A DNA stretch of 64,000 nucleotides from Eledone cirrhosa. Lineage: Eukaryota. The notes under the pieces are model-generated. The model was not told the DNA's origin. It did no database searches and saw only the letters and a list, made by a program, of their open reading frames with translations. The translations under genes were made by a program, and so were the position numbers. The stretch lies in assembly GCA_964016885.1 (NCBI GenBank), contig OZ024758.1, forward strand, positions 22,320,001 to 22,384,000, in the 5' to 3' direction. Of this stretch, positions 27,834 through 40,462 are shown piece after piece. Every line of letters starts with the position of its first letter. Positions within the stretch are counted from its first letter, which is position 1.

Positions 27834-28991
27834 TATTTATCTACTTCATATTCTTCATAAATACATCCCTATATCACCGAATTGAAGTCAAATCTCCATC
27901 TTATAAACTCTTACACATATAAATTGGCAAATTCTAGGTTTGATTTGAAACGAAATTCCGATGATTTACAGAGCATGTTATCAAATAGTTGAAATATATA
28001 GTGTTCCCCAAAAATGCATACACTTTCATTAGGATGCTGTTGAAGTGCGTATACATTTTTGGAGGACACCCTGTATATACATGGGGAAGGAAATTCTGTC
28101 GATATTTGAGAAGAGGAAGGCCACACACACTCATACAAACATAAATAAAATATATACACAACGGAAGAGGCTATGTAGCCGGTAAGAGTGTCAAATATCA
28201 TGAGTTGCGGCCTTTTATGGTCTGAGTTTAGACAATTTGAATTCTTTTACACAATCTACTCATACATAGACACATTATATAAACTAATTATTACATATAC
28301 ACACATATTTGAATGATTGAAGAAGGAAGGGGCTGGTGAAACACTATAGCGATATGTGTGTTGCGTCCCTTTAGGGTTTACCGGCTACATAGCCTATTCG
28401 AAAGAAATTCTGTCGATATTTGATAAGAGGAATGCCACACGCATTCTCATACAACCACGAATAAAATATATATACAACACAACACAACACAACACAGCAC
28501 AGCACAGCACAGCACAGCACAGCACAACACAACACAACACAACACAACACAACACAACACAGCTTATCCATAGCGAAGCTGAGAAGGACAAAAGTTGTAT
28601 AACTTTGAAAGGCGATGCAGCTGTTGAATATATATTACCATTTTTTGGTTTCCTTCCTCATACAACGAATCTGTCATAATATACTATTAAATAAACAATA
28701 ATTCTGAAGAAATAATTGTAAGTAAATATAGCATTGAGGAAACGGGTTAGGTGAAACAGGAAGGGTCCAATTATGTCTAGATTCCATATATTGCCGTTAT
28801 TATGTAGTTGAAGAACAGTCGAGTTGCAAAGTGATGATGTCAAGGTCTTCAAGAAAAGTAGCAACAAAAAGTTATCTGTGCTTCATTTACGCTAAGATTT
28901 TCTCTCAGACATGGAATAATTTAAAGTTTTGCCGACAACTATAGCACGAAAATATGAGCACTATAAATATATTTCCTCAAAAATTTCTGAA

Positions 28992-29029
<38 letters not shown>

Positions 29030-29038
29030 TTAATATAG

Positions 29039-29093
29039 ATGAGATTCTACAGGACTAGAACTGTTTCATTCTTTAGAAATCATCAGGAATCTC

Positions 29094-29095
<2 letters not shown>
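29039..29095 (-). ncRNA. Type I hammerhead ribozyme, family A, copy 1
   Basis: AUGAGAUUC-CUGAUGA-UUUCUAAAGAAU-GAA-ACAG-UUCUAGUC-CUGU-A/GAAUCUCAU: 9-bp stem I, 4-bp stem III, intact core, weak stem II. Confidence 0.8.
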
Positions 29096-29144
<49 letters not shown>

Positions 29145-29153
29145 TTAATATAG

Positions 29154-29208
29154 ATGAGATTCTACAGGACTAGAACTGTTTCATTCTTTAGAAATCATCA
29201 GGAATCTC

Positions 29209-29210
<2 letters not shown>
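29154..29210 (-). ncRNA. Type I hammerhead ribozyme, family A, copy 2
   Basis: Identical to copy 1. Confidence 0.8.
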
Positions 29211-29253
<43 letters not shown>

Positions 29254-29262
29254 TTAATATAG

Positions 29263-29317
29263 ATGAGATTCTACAGGACTAGAACTGTTTCATTCTTTAG
29301 AAATCATCAGGAATCTC

Positions 29318-29319
<2 letters not shown>
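29263..29319 (-). ncRNA. Type I hammerhead ribozyme, family A, copy 3
   Basis: Identical to copy 1. Confidence 0.8.
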
Positions 29320-29379
<60 letters not shown>

Positions 29380-29509
29380 TAGAAGGGGTATTTAATTTGT
29401 TGGAAGTCCGACAAATATAAATGTTTATAACTGATTTAGAGCACTCAACAGTTTACTGGAGTAAATATTCAATATTAAATAAATGGAAACTTTGGAATCA
29501 TTGTGTATG

Positions 29510-29608
<99 letters not shown>

Positions 29609-29655
29609 AAACTTTGGAATCATTGTGTGTGTATGTATGTATATATATATATATA

Positions 29656-29750
29656 GTTCTACAGGATTAGAACTGTTTCATTCGGGGGGCATCATCAGGA
29701 AAGCCCCCGAGGATTTCCTCCGAAGGAAACAGTTCTTGTCCCGTAGAAGC
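29656..29750. ncRNA. Back-to-back pair of degenerate family A hammerheads
   Basis: Minus: UUC-CUGAUGA..GAAACAG..CUGUA-GAA; plus: CCGAGGA..GAAACAG..CCGUA-GAAGC. Confidence 0.55.
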
Positions 29751-30180
29751 CATTTCTATATTAAATATTTATACTCTGCTATGTATTGAGTACCTTACTT
29801 ACTGTGGTTACCTCCGATTCAACCCGGGATAAATATTTTATATATATAAATCAAAGGAAAAAAATATATGTATATATATGGTGCTTTCTCTTTCTATAAA
29901 TACATATATCTTTTTCATTTGATATATTACTGCTCAGTAAGCCTATTGAGCTTGCTTATTGAGAAACACAAACATTCTAACATATTTAATATGTTTTGAT
30001 TCATTACACACAGACACACACACACACACACAGACACACACACACATATATATCGAAGCATCTTCATAGATGCTTCGATAAAAAAATAATACACACACAT
30101 ATATATATATATATAGGAATGGAGCGAAAGAAATTAGCGAGGAAAAACACACACACATATACATATATATATACATACAC

Positions 30181-30535
30181 ACGTATATAAAGACGAGTAA
30201 AAGAACACATACACACACATATCTATCTATCTATATATATACATACATACATACGTACACGCGTATATAAAGACGAGTAAAAGAACACATACACACACAT
30301 ATCTATCTATCTATATATATACATACATACATACATACGTACACGCGTATATAAAGACGAGTAAAAGAACACATACACACACATATCTATCTATCTATAT
30401 ATATACATACATACATACGTACACGCGTATATAAAGACGAGTAAAAGAACACATACACACACATATCTATCTATCTATATATATACATACATACATACAT
30501 ACATACGTACACGCGTATATAAAGACGAGTAAAAA
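30181..30535. repeat. About 80-88 bp tandem units x5 (gtatataaagacgagtaaaagaac plus microsatellite)
   Basis: Directly visible; related array (cgtaaacagactaaaagaacacacaac) at about 30845-31440. Confidence 0.85.
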
Positions 30536-30645
30536 GAAACACGACACACACAAATTAGAGAAATTCAACTAAATTCATGAAGTATTTATTAGTTTACAAT
30601 ACCTATTATACACACACACACATATATATATATATATATGTATTG

Positions 30646-30711
30646 TATTTTATCTGATGAAAGCGCACCATAATTTGCCTTGGTGGCCCTTGAAATATGT
30701 ATAATAAAATA
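30646..30711 (+). ncRNA. Type I hammerhead ribozyme, family B
   Basis: UAUUUUAU-CUGAUGA-AAG C GCACCA..UGGUG GC C CUU-GAAA-UAUGUA-UA-AUAAAAUA. Confidence 0.75.
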
Positions 30712-30742
30712 AATATGGTTTTATAAATATAGTTTCCCTTTG

Positions 30743-30787
<45 letters not shown>

Positions 30788-31300
30788 TACATACACACAG
30801 ACAAGTACAAAGAAAACGACACATACATATATATATATACACACACACGCGTAAACAGACTAAAAGAACACACAACACATACATACATACACACACACGC
30901 ACACACATATATATATACACACACGCGTAAACAGACTAAAAGAACACACAACACATACATACATACACACACACGCACACATATATATATATACACACGC
31001 GCGTAAACACAGACTAAAAGAACACACAACACATACATACATACACACACACGCACACACATATATATATACACACACGCGTAAACAGACTAAAAGAACA
31101 CACAACACATACACACACACATATATATATACACACACGCGTAAACAGACTAAAAGAACACACAACACATACACACATATATATATATATATACACACAC
31201 ACGCGTAAACAGACTAAAAGAACACACAACACATACACACACACACATATATATATATACACACACACGCGTAAACAGACTAAAAGAACACACAACACAT

Positions 31301-31339
<39 letters not shown>

Positions 31340-31376
31340 CACACGCGCGTAAACAGAGACTAAAAGAACACACAAC

Positions 31377-31429
<53 letters not shown>

Positions 31430-32188
31430 CACACACGCACTCACAGAGAAATATATTCAGCAATGCTAAGCAAAGAAGTTGGGAAGGACAAAAGTTGTAT
31501 AACTTTGAAAGGTGATGCAGATGCTGAAGTGTTGAATATGATGGAGAGAGAGAGAGAGAGAGAATAAGAGAGAGATAGATAGAGAGAGAGGTAGAAGTGT
31601 CACCCTAGCAGAGATGGGACAATAAAAATCACCGATATTTTCCTAAAAGCAAGCATTATAATTAAAATCCCAACTTAAAGAATAGAAAACATGTTTTGAA
31701 AACAAAAACCAGAACGAATAAATTCAATTCTTAACACTCAAATATATATATATATATCGAGATACTTACATGAAGCAATTCTACATTCATACGTATATAT
31801 ATATTTATATACACATATATATTCTGTATAAATTTCAAATAAGCATGTATGCGGTATGAGTATTTGTTGATGTTTGTTTTGATATTTTTTTTTTTAAATG
31901 TGGTAAAACAAATTTTTATAAGAGATATTCGCCCATGTCAAATCACAGCAGCCGTCTATTTAATAAGGTTGATTATTAGAGAGAGAAGGAATTACGGTGT
32001 CTAGTAAAAGCAGAACACTTAATAATGGCGATGCGGCTGACGTACCGGATGTGATGGCAGGGAAGCAGTGTTCTTACTGACTTTATATGTCATAAGAACA
32101 TCTATATGTGTCTGTGGTGTATAAATAGATACAAATATAGATACATACAAATATATTATACGTATAGCGTGAGAGTCAGTGATACAAC

Positions 32189-32249
<61 letters not shown>

Positions 32250-32253
<4 letters not shown>

Positions 32254-32700
32254 GTATATTATATAGATAGCGTTCGTAGTGTGAGTCAGTGATACATATA
32301 TATACGCATACATATACACACGTATATTATATAGATAGCGTTCGTAGTGTGAGTCAGTGATACATATATATACGCATACATATATACACGTATATTATAT
32401 AGATAGCGTTCGTAGTGTGAGTCAGTGATACATATATATACGCATACATATATACACGTATATTATATAGATACTGTTCGTAGTGTGAGTCAGTGATACA
32501 TATATATACGCATACATATACACACGTATATTATATAGATAGCGTTCGTAGTGTGAGTCAGTGATACATATATATACGCATACATATATACACGTATATT
32601 ATATAGATACTGTTCGTAGTGTAAGTCAGTGATATATATATATATACACACGTATATTATATAGATACAGTCCGTAGTGTGAGTCAGTGTTATATGTTAT
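32250..32700. repeat. 68-bp minisatellite, about 7 copies
   Basis: cgtatattat at 32253, 32321, 32389, 32457, 32525, 32593, 32651. Confidence 0.9.
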
Positions 32701-32754
32701 ATATACACACATATATTATACATACAAAGATACATAGTCAGTCGTGAGAGTCAG

Positions 32755-32797
<43 letters not shown>

Positions 32798-32965
32798 GGA
32801 GGTGAGTTTTATTGTAGTACAATAAAGCAATGCAGATATCGGATAAGAAGCACTCTATTATATATATATATATATACATAGATACACATGTATACAAATA
32901 TATCTCCATAGATACATATGTATACAAATATATATATACATAGATACATATGTATACATAGATAC

Positions 32966-32996
<31 letters not shown>

Positions 32997-33273
32997 GATA
33001 CATATGTATACAAATATATATACAAATATATATACATAGATACATATGTATACATAGATACAAATATATATATATATATATTCATAGATACATATGTATA
33101 CAAATATATATACATAGATACATATGTATACATAGATACATACACTGTAGAGGGAGTCAGTGATATATATATATATATATATACATACATATATACAGTA
33201 CATACAGTACAGTACATATATAAATATATTATACATACACACTAACACATATAGCCTACGGTGGGAGCCAGCG

Positions 33274-33339
<66 letters not shown>

Positions 33340-33476
33340 TTTAATAAAATAGATGTTCTTTTTATTAATATTTGTATTTTAATATTAATAACTCTGAAAA
33401 ATTATTTAACTGTAGAGTGCTTCCAATCTATTGTAAAACTCATTCTTTGATATACTCATTGAATCTTGTTTAACTC

Positions 33477-33554
<78 letters not shown>

Positions 33555-33796
33555 AAAGTTATATTTAAAATTGTTGGGTTACAACTAGTAAATATTTATA
33601 ACTGATATAAAAGCACTCGACAAGTATTTGGAGTATATTTACGATATTAAATAAATGTTTTCTGTCTTTCTTTCCTTTTTTTCTCTCTTTCTTTCTCTCT
33701 GTGTACAATTTTTTTCACTGCCAATTCAACTTTTCAAATACAAGTCGATGTTGTACGGTATGTCAAATCTATTTATCTATAAAACTGTTTATATTG

Positions 33797-33862
33797 TATT
33801 TTGTCTGAGGAAGGCATAGCATATTGTTAATATGATATCCCTGAAATATATATAATGAAATA
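33797..33862 (+). ncRNA. Type I hammerhead ribozyme, family B (CUGAGGA core)
   Basis: UAUUUUGU-CUGAGGA-AGG C AUA G CAUAUU..AAUAUG A UAU C CCU-GAAA-UAUAUA-UA-AUGAAAUA. Confidence 0.75.
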
Positions 33863-34164
33863 AATATGGTTTTATAAATATAGTTTCCATTTATTTAATA
33901 TCGTATATATATATATATATATTTATTAAAATATAATCTGTAATTTTAATAAATATTTGCTCTACGGTTCTTATATATTTGATATATATTTTCCTTATCG
34001 AGCCCTCTTTGGATTTTAGTCTTCAATTTTATTATTATTACTATATATATATATATATATATATATAACGAAGGAAATGTGGTAAGGAACCAGGTGGACC
34101 ATAACGCACCAAAGTACTCAATACTTAGGGTAGTAGAGTGGGTAATAGGAACGAGTAGGACCCC

Positions 34165-34222
34165 GTCCAGAATTAGCCGTCGAAACGGCTTGAGCTCAGC
34201 CGTCGGGGTCCTACTCGTTCCT

Positions 34223-34223
<1 letters not shown>
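34165..34223 (+). ncRNA. 5'-truncated hammerhead, family D (CUGANGA absent)
   Basis: GAA-ACGGCU-UGAGCUC-AGCCGU-C/GGGGUC; second copy at 36204-36260 with stem II GUC..GAC. Confidence 0.5.
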
Positions 34224-34264
<41 letters not shown>

Positions 34265-34319
34265 GTTATTCCGGGTTGAATCGGAGGTAACCACAGTAAG
34301 TAAGGTACTCAATACATAG

Positions 34320-34366
34320 CAGATGATTTCTAATGAATGAAACAGTTCTAGTCCTGTAGAATCTCA

Positions 34367-34367
<1 letters not shown>
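34320..34367 (+). ncRNA. Family A hammerhead, 5' side replaced by an inverted element tail
   Basis: CAGAUGA-UUUCUAAUGAAU-GAAACAG..CUGUA-GAAUCUCAU. Confidence 0.55.
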
Positions 34368-34401
<34 letters not shown>

Positions 34402-34616
34402 GCACACACACACATATATATATACATACACACAAATAGTGTGAGAAAACAGGATAATTCTATATCTAATGAGACAATTGTAACGATCACTGCAAACACG
34501 CGTCTCAACAATCGGTATTTTTTACTTTTAATACACGCATGAAAACATTTTGATTTATTTATCTACAGCAGCGTGCAGTACATGAAATTAACTGCTCTCT
34601 CTCTCTCTCTCTCTCA

Positions 34617-34654
<38 letters not shown>

Positions 34655-34699
34655 GGCGAATATATATATTTGTCTATTATTTCCTCATATTTTGTAATT

Positions 34700-34738
<39 letters not shown>

Positions 34739-34799
34739 AGTGTACATAGTGTTTGTAGAAATAAAAATCTGAAGGAATTTAACCTATCCGGCCTCCTGT

Positions 34800-34880
<81 letters not shown>

Positions 34881-34882
<2 letters not shown>

Positions 34883-35488
34883 TAGCTGAGGTACCCGGTA
34901 ATACCCGGGAGCGGGGGTATTCCTAGTTCCCATTAAAATGCCCAATGCCTCTCAGACAAAAATGAAATCAAAATATAGGGCAGATAATGACAAGCGAAGA
35001 CAAATTCATTTATGAAACAATAATTGTTCTACTTTAGGCACAAGGCCAGCAATTACCCAGTGCATTACTGGTAAACAATAATACAAACAAATATTGTTGA
35101 TTGCATTGGTCAGGCGAAAAAATGTCTGTCAGAGAAGTTGAGTGTTGCTATAAGGAAAACAATAGAACCCCAATTAGGGTGTCTTAATATTATTGAAATT
35201 TGCTGAAATTTTGTGAATAGGCATCATATCTTGTCATTTACCTATGGTTTAAATTTCATATAAATCTAAGGGAAAACATTTTCAGCGGGGGTTTGAGCCC
35301 CGGGGGAACCCTTTGATTAAAATGAAATATACATAAGAAATCAAATGGGCATGAGCCCCACACACATGTCAAGTTTCATGAAGATCGGTTTGGTAGTTTT
35401 TGAGTTTTAGGTTCACAAACAGACAGACATAATTATCATTTATATATATAGACTAGCAGAAAACCACCCGGGGGCGGTTTTCTGCTAG
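34881..35488 (+). mobile_element. Helitron-like non-autonomous element in (TA)n
   Basis: 5' ACTAG followed by a GC hairpin (tacccggtaatacccggg), subterminal acaaacagacagac, terminal hairpin ending CTAGT; similar ACTAG starts at 20837(+) and about 38320(-). Confidence 0.45.
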
Positions 35489-35655
35489 TATATATATATA
35501 TATTACACACACAGAAATGTATATATATTTCTGTGTGTGTATATATATATATATATATATTACACACACAGAAATGTATATATATTTCTGTGTGTATATA
35601 TATATTACACACACAGAAATGTATATATATTTCTGTGTGTATATATATATATTTC

Positions 35656-35689
<34 letters not shown>

Positions 35690-35979
35690 CAAAAATGTAT
35701 ATATGTTTCTGTAGCACTCATCAATTCCCCCCTCTCTCCCTCCCGCTATCCCCCTCTTGTAGTCTGTCTCTTTCTTTCACTCTCACTCTCTCTCTACGCG
35801 TGCGCAAAAAACATTCGCACGCGCGCACGTGTTTCCACTGTCGGACAGACAGACAGAGAAATTGGTGGTTATATATTATAAGGAGATTATGTATATAGAT
35901 ATACATATATTTATATATGTATATGTATATATATATATAAATATATTTATGTATATGTATATATATACACATATATTTG

Positions 35980-36059
<80 letters not shown>

Positions 36060-36436
36060 TACATATATATTTATATATGCATATATATATACATATATAT
36101 GTATATGTATATATATACATATATATTTGTATATGTATATATATATACATATATATGTATATACATATATACATATATATATATACACACATATATATAT
36201 ATAGTCCAGAAATAGACGTCGAAACGGCTTGAGCTCTGCCGTCGGGGTCATGTATTTTCCTATATATATATATGTATATATTAGAAATATAAGCTATCGC
36301 CGTATTTTGACTAAAGAAATTATTTAGCCTGATAGTGGGGTTAAGAACCCTCGGAGAAATGGAAAAAGATGAGTATTGTACGTCAATACTTATCTTTTTT
36401 CCATTTCAAACTCACTCGCTGTTTCGAAAATATTCT

Positions 36437-36502
<66 letters not shown>

Positions 36503-36533
36503 TAAATGGAAGCTATCTTTATAAAACCATACT

Positions 36534-36587
36534 TATCTTATTATTTATATTTCAAGGGTACCAACATTTTTGGTACGCTCTCATCAA
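36534..36587 (-). ncRNA. Degenerate family B hammerhead (UUGAUGA)
   Basis: Inverted copy of 36649-36710. Confidence 0.5.
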
Positions 36588-36648
36588 ACAGAACTCAAAA
36601 CGCTAAGTTCTTGTTTTGAATATTTCATTATTTGTAAAACAATTTTTA

Positions 36649-36710
36649 TATTTTATCTGATGAGTGCGTACCAAAAATTTTGGTACCCTTGAAATATATA
36701 TAATAAGATA
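36649..36710 (+). ncRNA. Type I hammerhead ribozyme, family B
   Basis: UAUUUUAU-CUGAUGA-GUG C GUACCAAA..UUUGGUAC C CUU-GAAA-UAUAUA-UA-AUAAGAUA. Confidence 0.75.
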
Positions 36711-36842
36711 AGTATGGTTTTATAAAGACAGTTTCCATTTATTAATATTATTGATATTATACTCCAGAACAATCTTGTAGATTGTTTCTAATCTGTTATA
36801 AACTAAATTTGTTGAATAACCAACAAATTAAATACCTCATTG

Positions 36843-36888
<46 letters not shown>

Positions 36889-37182
36889 TTAGTAACTTAA
36901 CCACTACCATGAATAGGGATTTATATTTAAATAATTTTGAAAACCATACAATGCAATAAAAAATAAAAAATGCCACTTTTAATTTTCTATTGCATTGTAT
37001 GGACGGAGAGAGAGAGAGAGAGGGAGAGAGAGAGAGAGGGGGGGGGTATCAACTCCAGATTTGAACTGGTACTTAATCGACTTAGATTGGATTAAAGTTG
37101 ACCTTGGCGATATTTGAACTTCTTGGAACGAAAAATCCGCACTGTGTCCAACGTCCGGTAATATTTGTGTGTGTGTGTGTGT

Positions 37183-37213
<31 letters not shown>

Positions 37214-38501
37214 AAGTAGATTGTCAATTTATCACCTCAACATAGTGAGTCCACTTTGTATCATGTATCAATATTTTTTTCATAAGTAGAAGCGCTAACT
37301 CGATATATAAAAGAAAGCATGCAAGCATTGCTTATCTTGTACAAGTATTATTTATTTAAGCGGAATTTGAACTCAAACCGCAAGGGGCCGTAACTCTAAA
37401 CTGGGGTGGGTGGGGGAGGGGGGGGGGGGAGATGCCTTCTCGTATGAAAATGGGTATAGTTTTCATTATGTAAAATTTCCCCATTTTGGCTCATTTCTCC
37501 CCGTTTTGGGGCACTTTTTTTTCATGATACTTCCCGTTTGGGTTTTCAGATGTTGGCAGGTCTGGTATGTGTTTGTTTGTTGGTTGGTTTGGTTCCTTCG
37601 CGTTCACTAACACAAGTGATACAAACATAGCAACACACAGCTGTGACGAATCTTAGAACGCTGGACTTCTATAGTTTCTCACACACCCGCTTCTTCCTCA
37701 GTCATCATTCTGGTGCCTTCCACTCGCGAGAAAACTCGAAAAGCCAGCCGATGCTTTACAAACGAACTCTCTTCTATCGAGTTAGATTGCTAACTTTTCA
37801 CTCTCGCCGCCAGAAACGCAGTTAAGCCGGTTAAGCCAGCGGCCAGCTCGTTGGAAATCTATCACCAACAACTCTATTGCTGACAGATTGCAACATAAAA
37901 TCTACTATTATAATAGCCTTGTATATTTGTCCGTCACACACTAGAGATGACTGAGGGAGGAAGGGGTGATTATGTCGACCGAGGAAGGAAGGGGTGATTA
38001 TGTCGATTGAGGCAGGAAGGAAGGGGTGATTACGTCGACTAAGGAAGGAAGGGGTGATTACATCGACTGAGGAAGGAAGGGGTGTCTAATACTTACACAT
38101 CTATGTAATGACTGAGGAAGAAGGGAGTGGTTAGAAACTATAGTGGTCTAGCGTTCTAAGATTCGTCACAGCTGTGTGTTTGTATGTTTGTATCACTTGT
38201 GTGAGTGAGAACAAAGGAACCAACCAACCAACAAACAAACAAACAAACAAACATCTCTTTTTTATATTATGTATAGATATTGCAATTAGCCGTCATTTTT
38301 GACGGCACGGGGCCAGCTAGCATAAAATATAATAAATTTGAAATTTGTCTTTTACTCTTTATCATTTGTAACTGAATAAACAAAGCTGTATTTACATTTT
38401 AACATTTGATTAATACACATTAGTATTGTATGTAGTTTTCAGTTTTATCGCTTAAATAACCAGTCTTTTCACATCAATATTAAACCAGTTTATTACGATC
38501 A

Positions 38502-39607
38502 TGTAGAGGCACGTGGCCTAGTGGTAAGGGTGTTGGACTTACGACCATGATGCCGTGGGTTTGATTCCTTGAGTGTTGTGTTCTTGAGCAAAACATTTCG
38601 TTTCACGTTGCTCCAGTATACTCAGCTGTAAATGAGTACCAGCAATAACTGGGGGGTTAACCCTGCGATGGACTGGCGTCCTGTCCAGGAGGGAGTCTTG
38701 TACTCTCAGTCGCTTCATGCCATGAAACCGAGATAAGCACCGGCCAAATGAGCCTTCTGGCTTAAGACAGACTTTAACCCTGCAATGGACTGGCGTCCTG
38801 TCCAGGGAGAAGTTTTGTACTCTCAGTCGCTTCATGCCATGAAACTGAGATAAGCACCGGCCAAATGAGCCTTCTGGCTTAAGACAGACTTTAACCCTGC
38901 AATGGACTGGCGTCCTGTCCAGGGAGAAGTTTTGTACTCTCAGTCGCTTCACGCCATGAAACTGAGATAAGCACCGGCCAAATGAGCTTTCTGGCTTAAG
39001 ACAGACTTTAACCCTGCAATGGATTGGCGTCCTGTCCAGGGAGAAGTTTTGTACTCTCAGTCGCTTCATGCCATGAAACCGAGATAAGCACCGGCCAAAT
39101 GAGCCTTCTGGCTTAAGACAGACTTTAACCCTGCAATGGACTGGCGTCCTGTCCAGGGAAAAGTTTTGTACTCTCAGTCGCTTCATGCCATGAAACCGAG
39201 ATAAGCACCGGCCAAATGAGCCTTCTGGCTTAAGACAGACTTTAACCCTGCGATGGACTGGCGTCCTGTCCAGGGAGAAGTTTTGTACTCTCAGTCGCTT
39301 CACGCCATGAAACCGAGATAAGCACCGGCCAAATGAGCCTTCTGGCTTAAGACAGACTTTAACTCTGCAATGGATTGGCGTCCTGTCCAGGGGGGAGTCT
39401 TGTACTCTCAGTCGCTTCATGCCATGAAACCGAGATAAGCACCGGCCAAATGAGCCTTCTGGCTTAAGACAGACTTTAACCCTGCAATGGACTGGCGTCC
39501 TGTCCAGGGGGGAGTCTTGTACTCTCAGTCGCTTCATGCCATGAAACCGAGATAAGCACCGGCCAAATGAGCCTTCTGGCTTAAGACAGACTTTACTCTT
39601 TTTAGAC
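38502..39607 (+). mobile_element. SINE family D with its 117-bp 3' segment repeated 8 times
   Basis: tRNA-like head at 38505; units start 38657+117n; TSD tttattacgatca at 38489-38501 and 39608-39620; monomeric copy at 48945-49235. Confidence 0.9.
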
Positions 39608-39618
39608 TTTATTACGAT

Positions 39619-39910
39619 CAGAGGCGTAACTACGGTCAGGCAAGCACGGCATATGCCGTGGGCGCCACATGAAGGGGGCACCACTTGGACAAGGAGCACG
39701 CTCTATTAAAGTCAAATAAGCCTCGTCGGAGAGTGAAAACAGAAACTCCTTCAGATGTATGATCTGTCTCTGATTATCATGGGTGAGAACACTTATGGGG
39801 ACTGGATAATTAAACCATTTATATAAGGCCCATAGGTAAAAAGACAGTGCTGGGCAGGGGCGCTATTTCATTGCTTGCCACGGGCGCTATCTTTCCTAGT
39901 TAAGCCTCTG
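39619..39910. mobile_element. hAT MITE
   Basis: TIRs CAGAGGCGTAACTA / TAGTTAAGCCTCTG; perfect 8-bp TSD attacgat. Confidence 0.85.
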
Positions 39911-40307
39911 ATTACGATGTACTCTTTTCAATTCATTTTAATGTTTCTTATATAAATTCAAACAGCTTCCTATACCTTATGGTGCTTCCAATAGCCGATG
40001 GCTTAAAATGCTCCTTGTAGGTACGATTCGGGGCCAACTTGGCTGCCATTTCTAGCGGATCGAACGACTACATTGAGGTTCGTTTGTTATCTAGTTTTGT
40101 GATATATCTTCCTGCAGCTCGCCCAAGGAAGGAGCCCCGTGAGGTGGTATGGCTATTGCAGCGGGAGTCGCTGGCCATTGAGAACAGCCTTCCGCATTCA
40201 GTGAGTTTTGTGAAACTTGACTGTAGAGCAGATTTGGCTGTCCACATTAGTGTTTTTACCTCCTTTTGATATAGAAGAATTAACATGATAGTGGTTCAAG
40301 GATATAT

Positions 40308-40462
40308 GTTAGAATAATTAGTCGATATTTCCTTCAATCTCATATCTACTCGTTCTTATGTTAGAATAATCAGTCGATATTTCCTTCAATCTCATATCTA
40401 CTCGTTCTTATGTTAGAATAATCAGTCGATATTTCCTTCAATCTCATATCTACTCGTTCTTA
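40308..40462. repeat. 52-bp tandem repeat x3
   Basis: gttagaataat at 40308, 40360, 40412. Confidence 0.9.

Noticed and set aside
38539-39699. 386-aa repetitive ORF
   Set aside because: Antisense reading of a 117-bp (39-codon) SINE tail array
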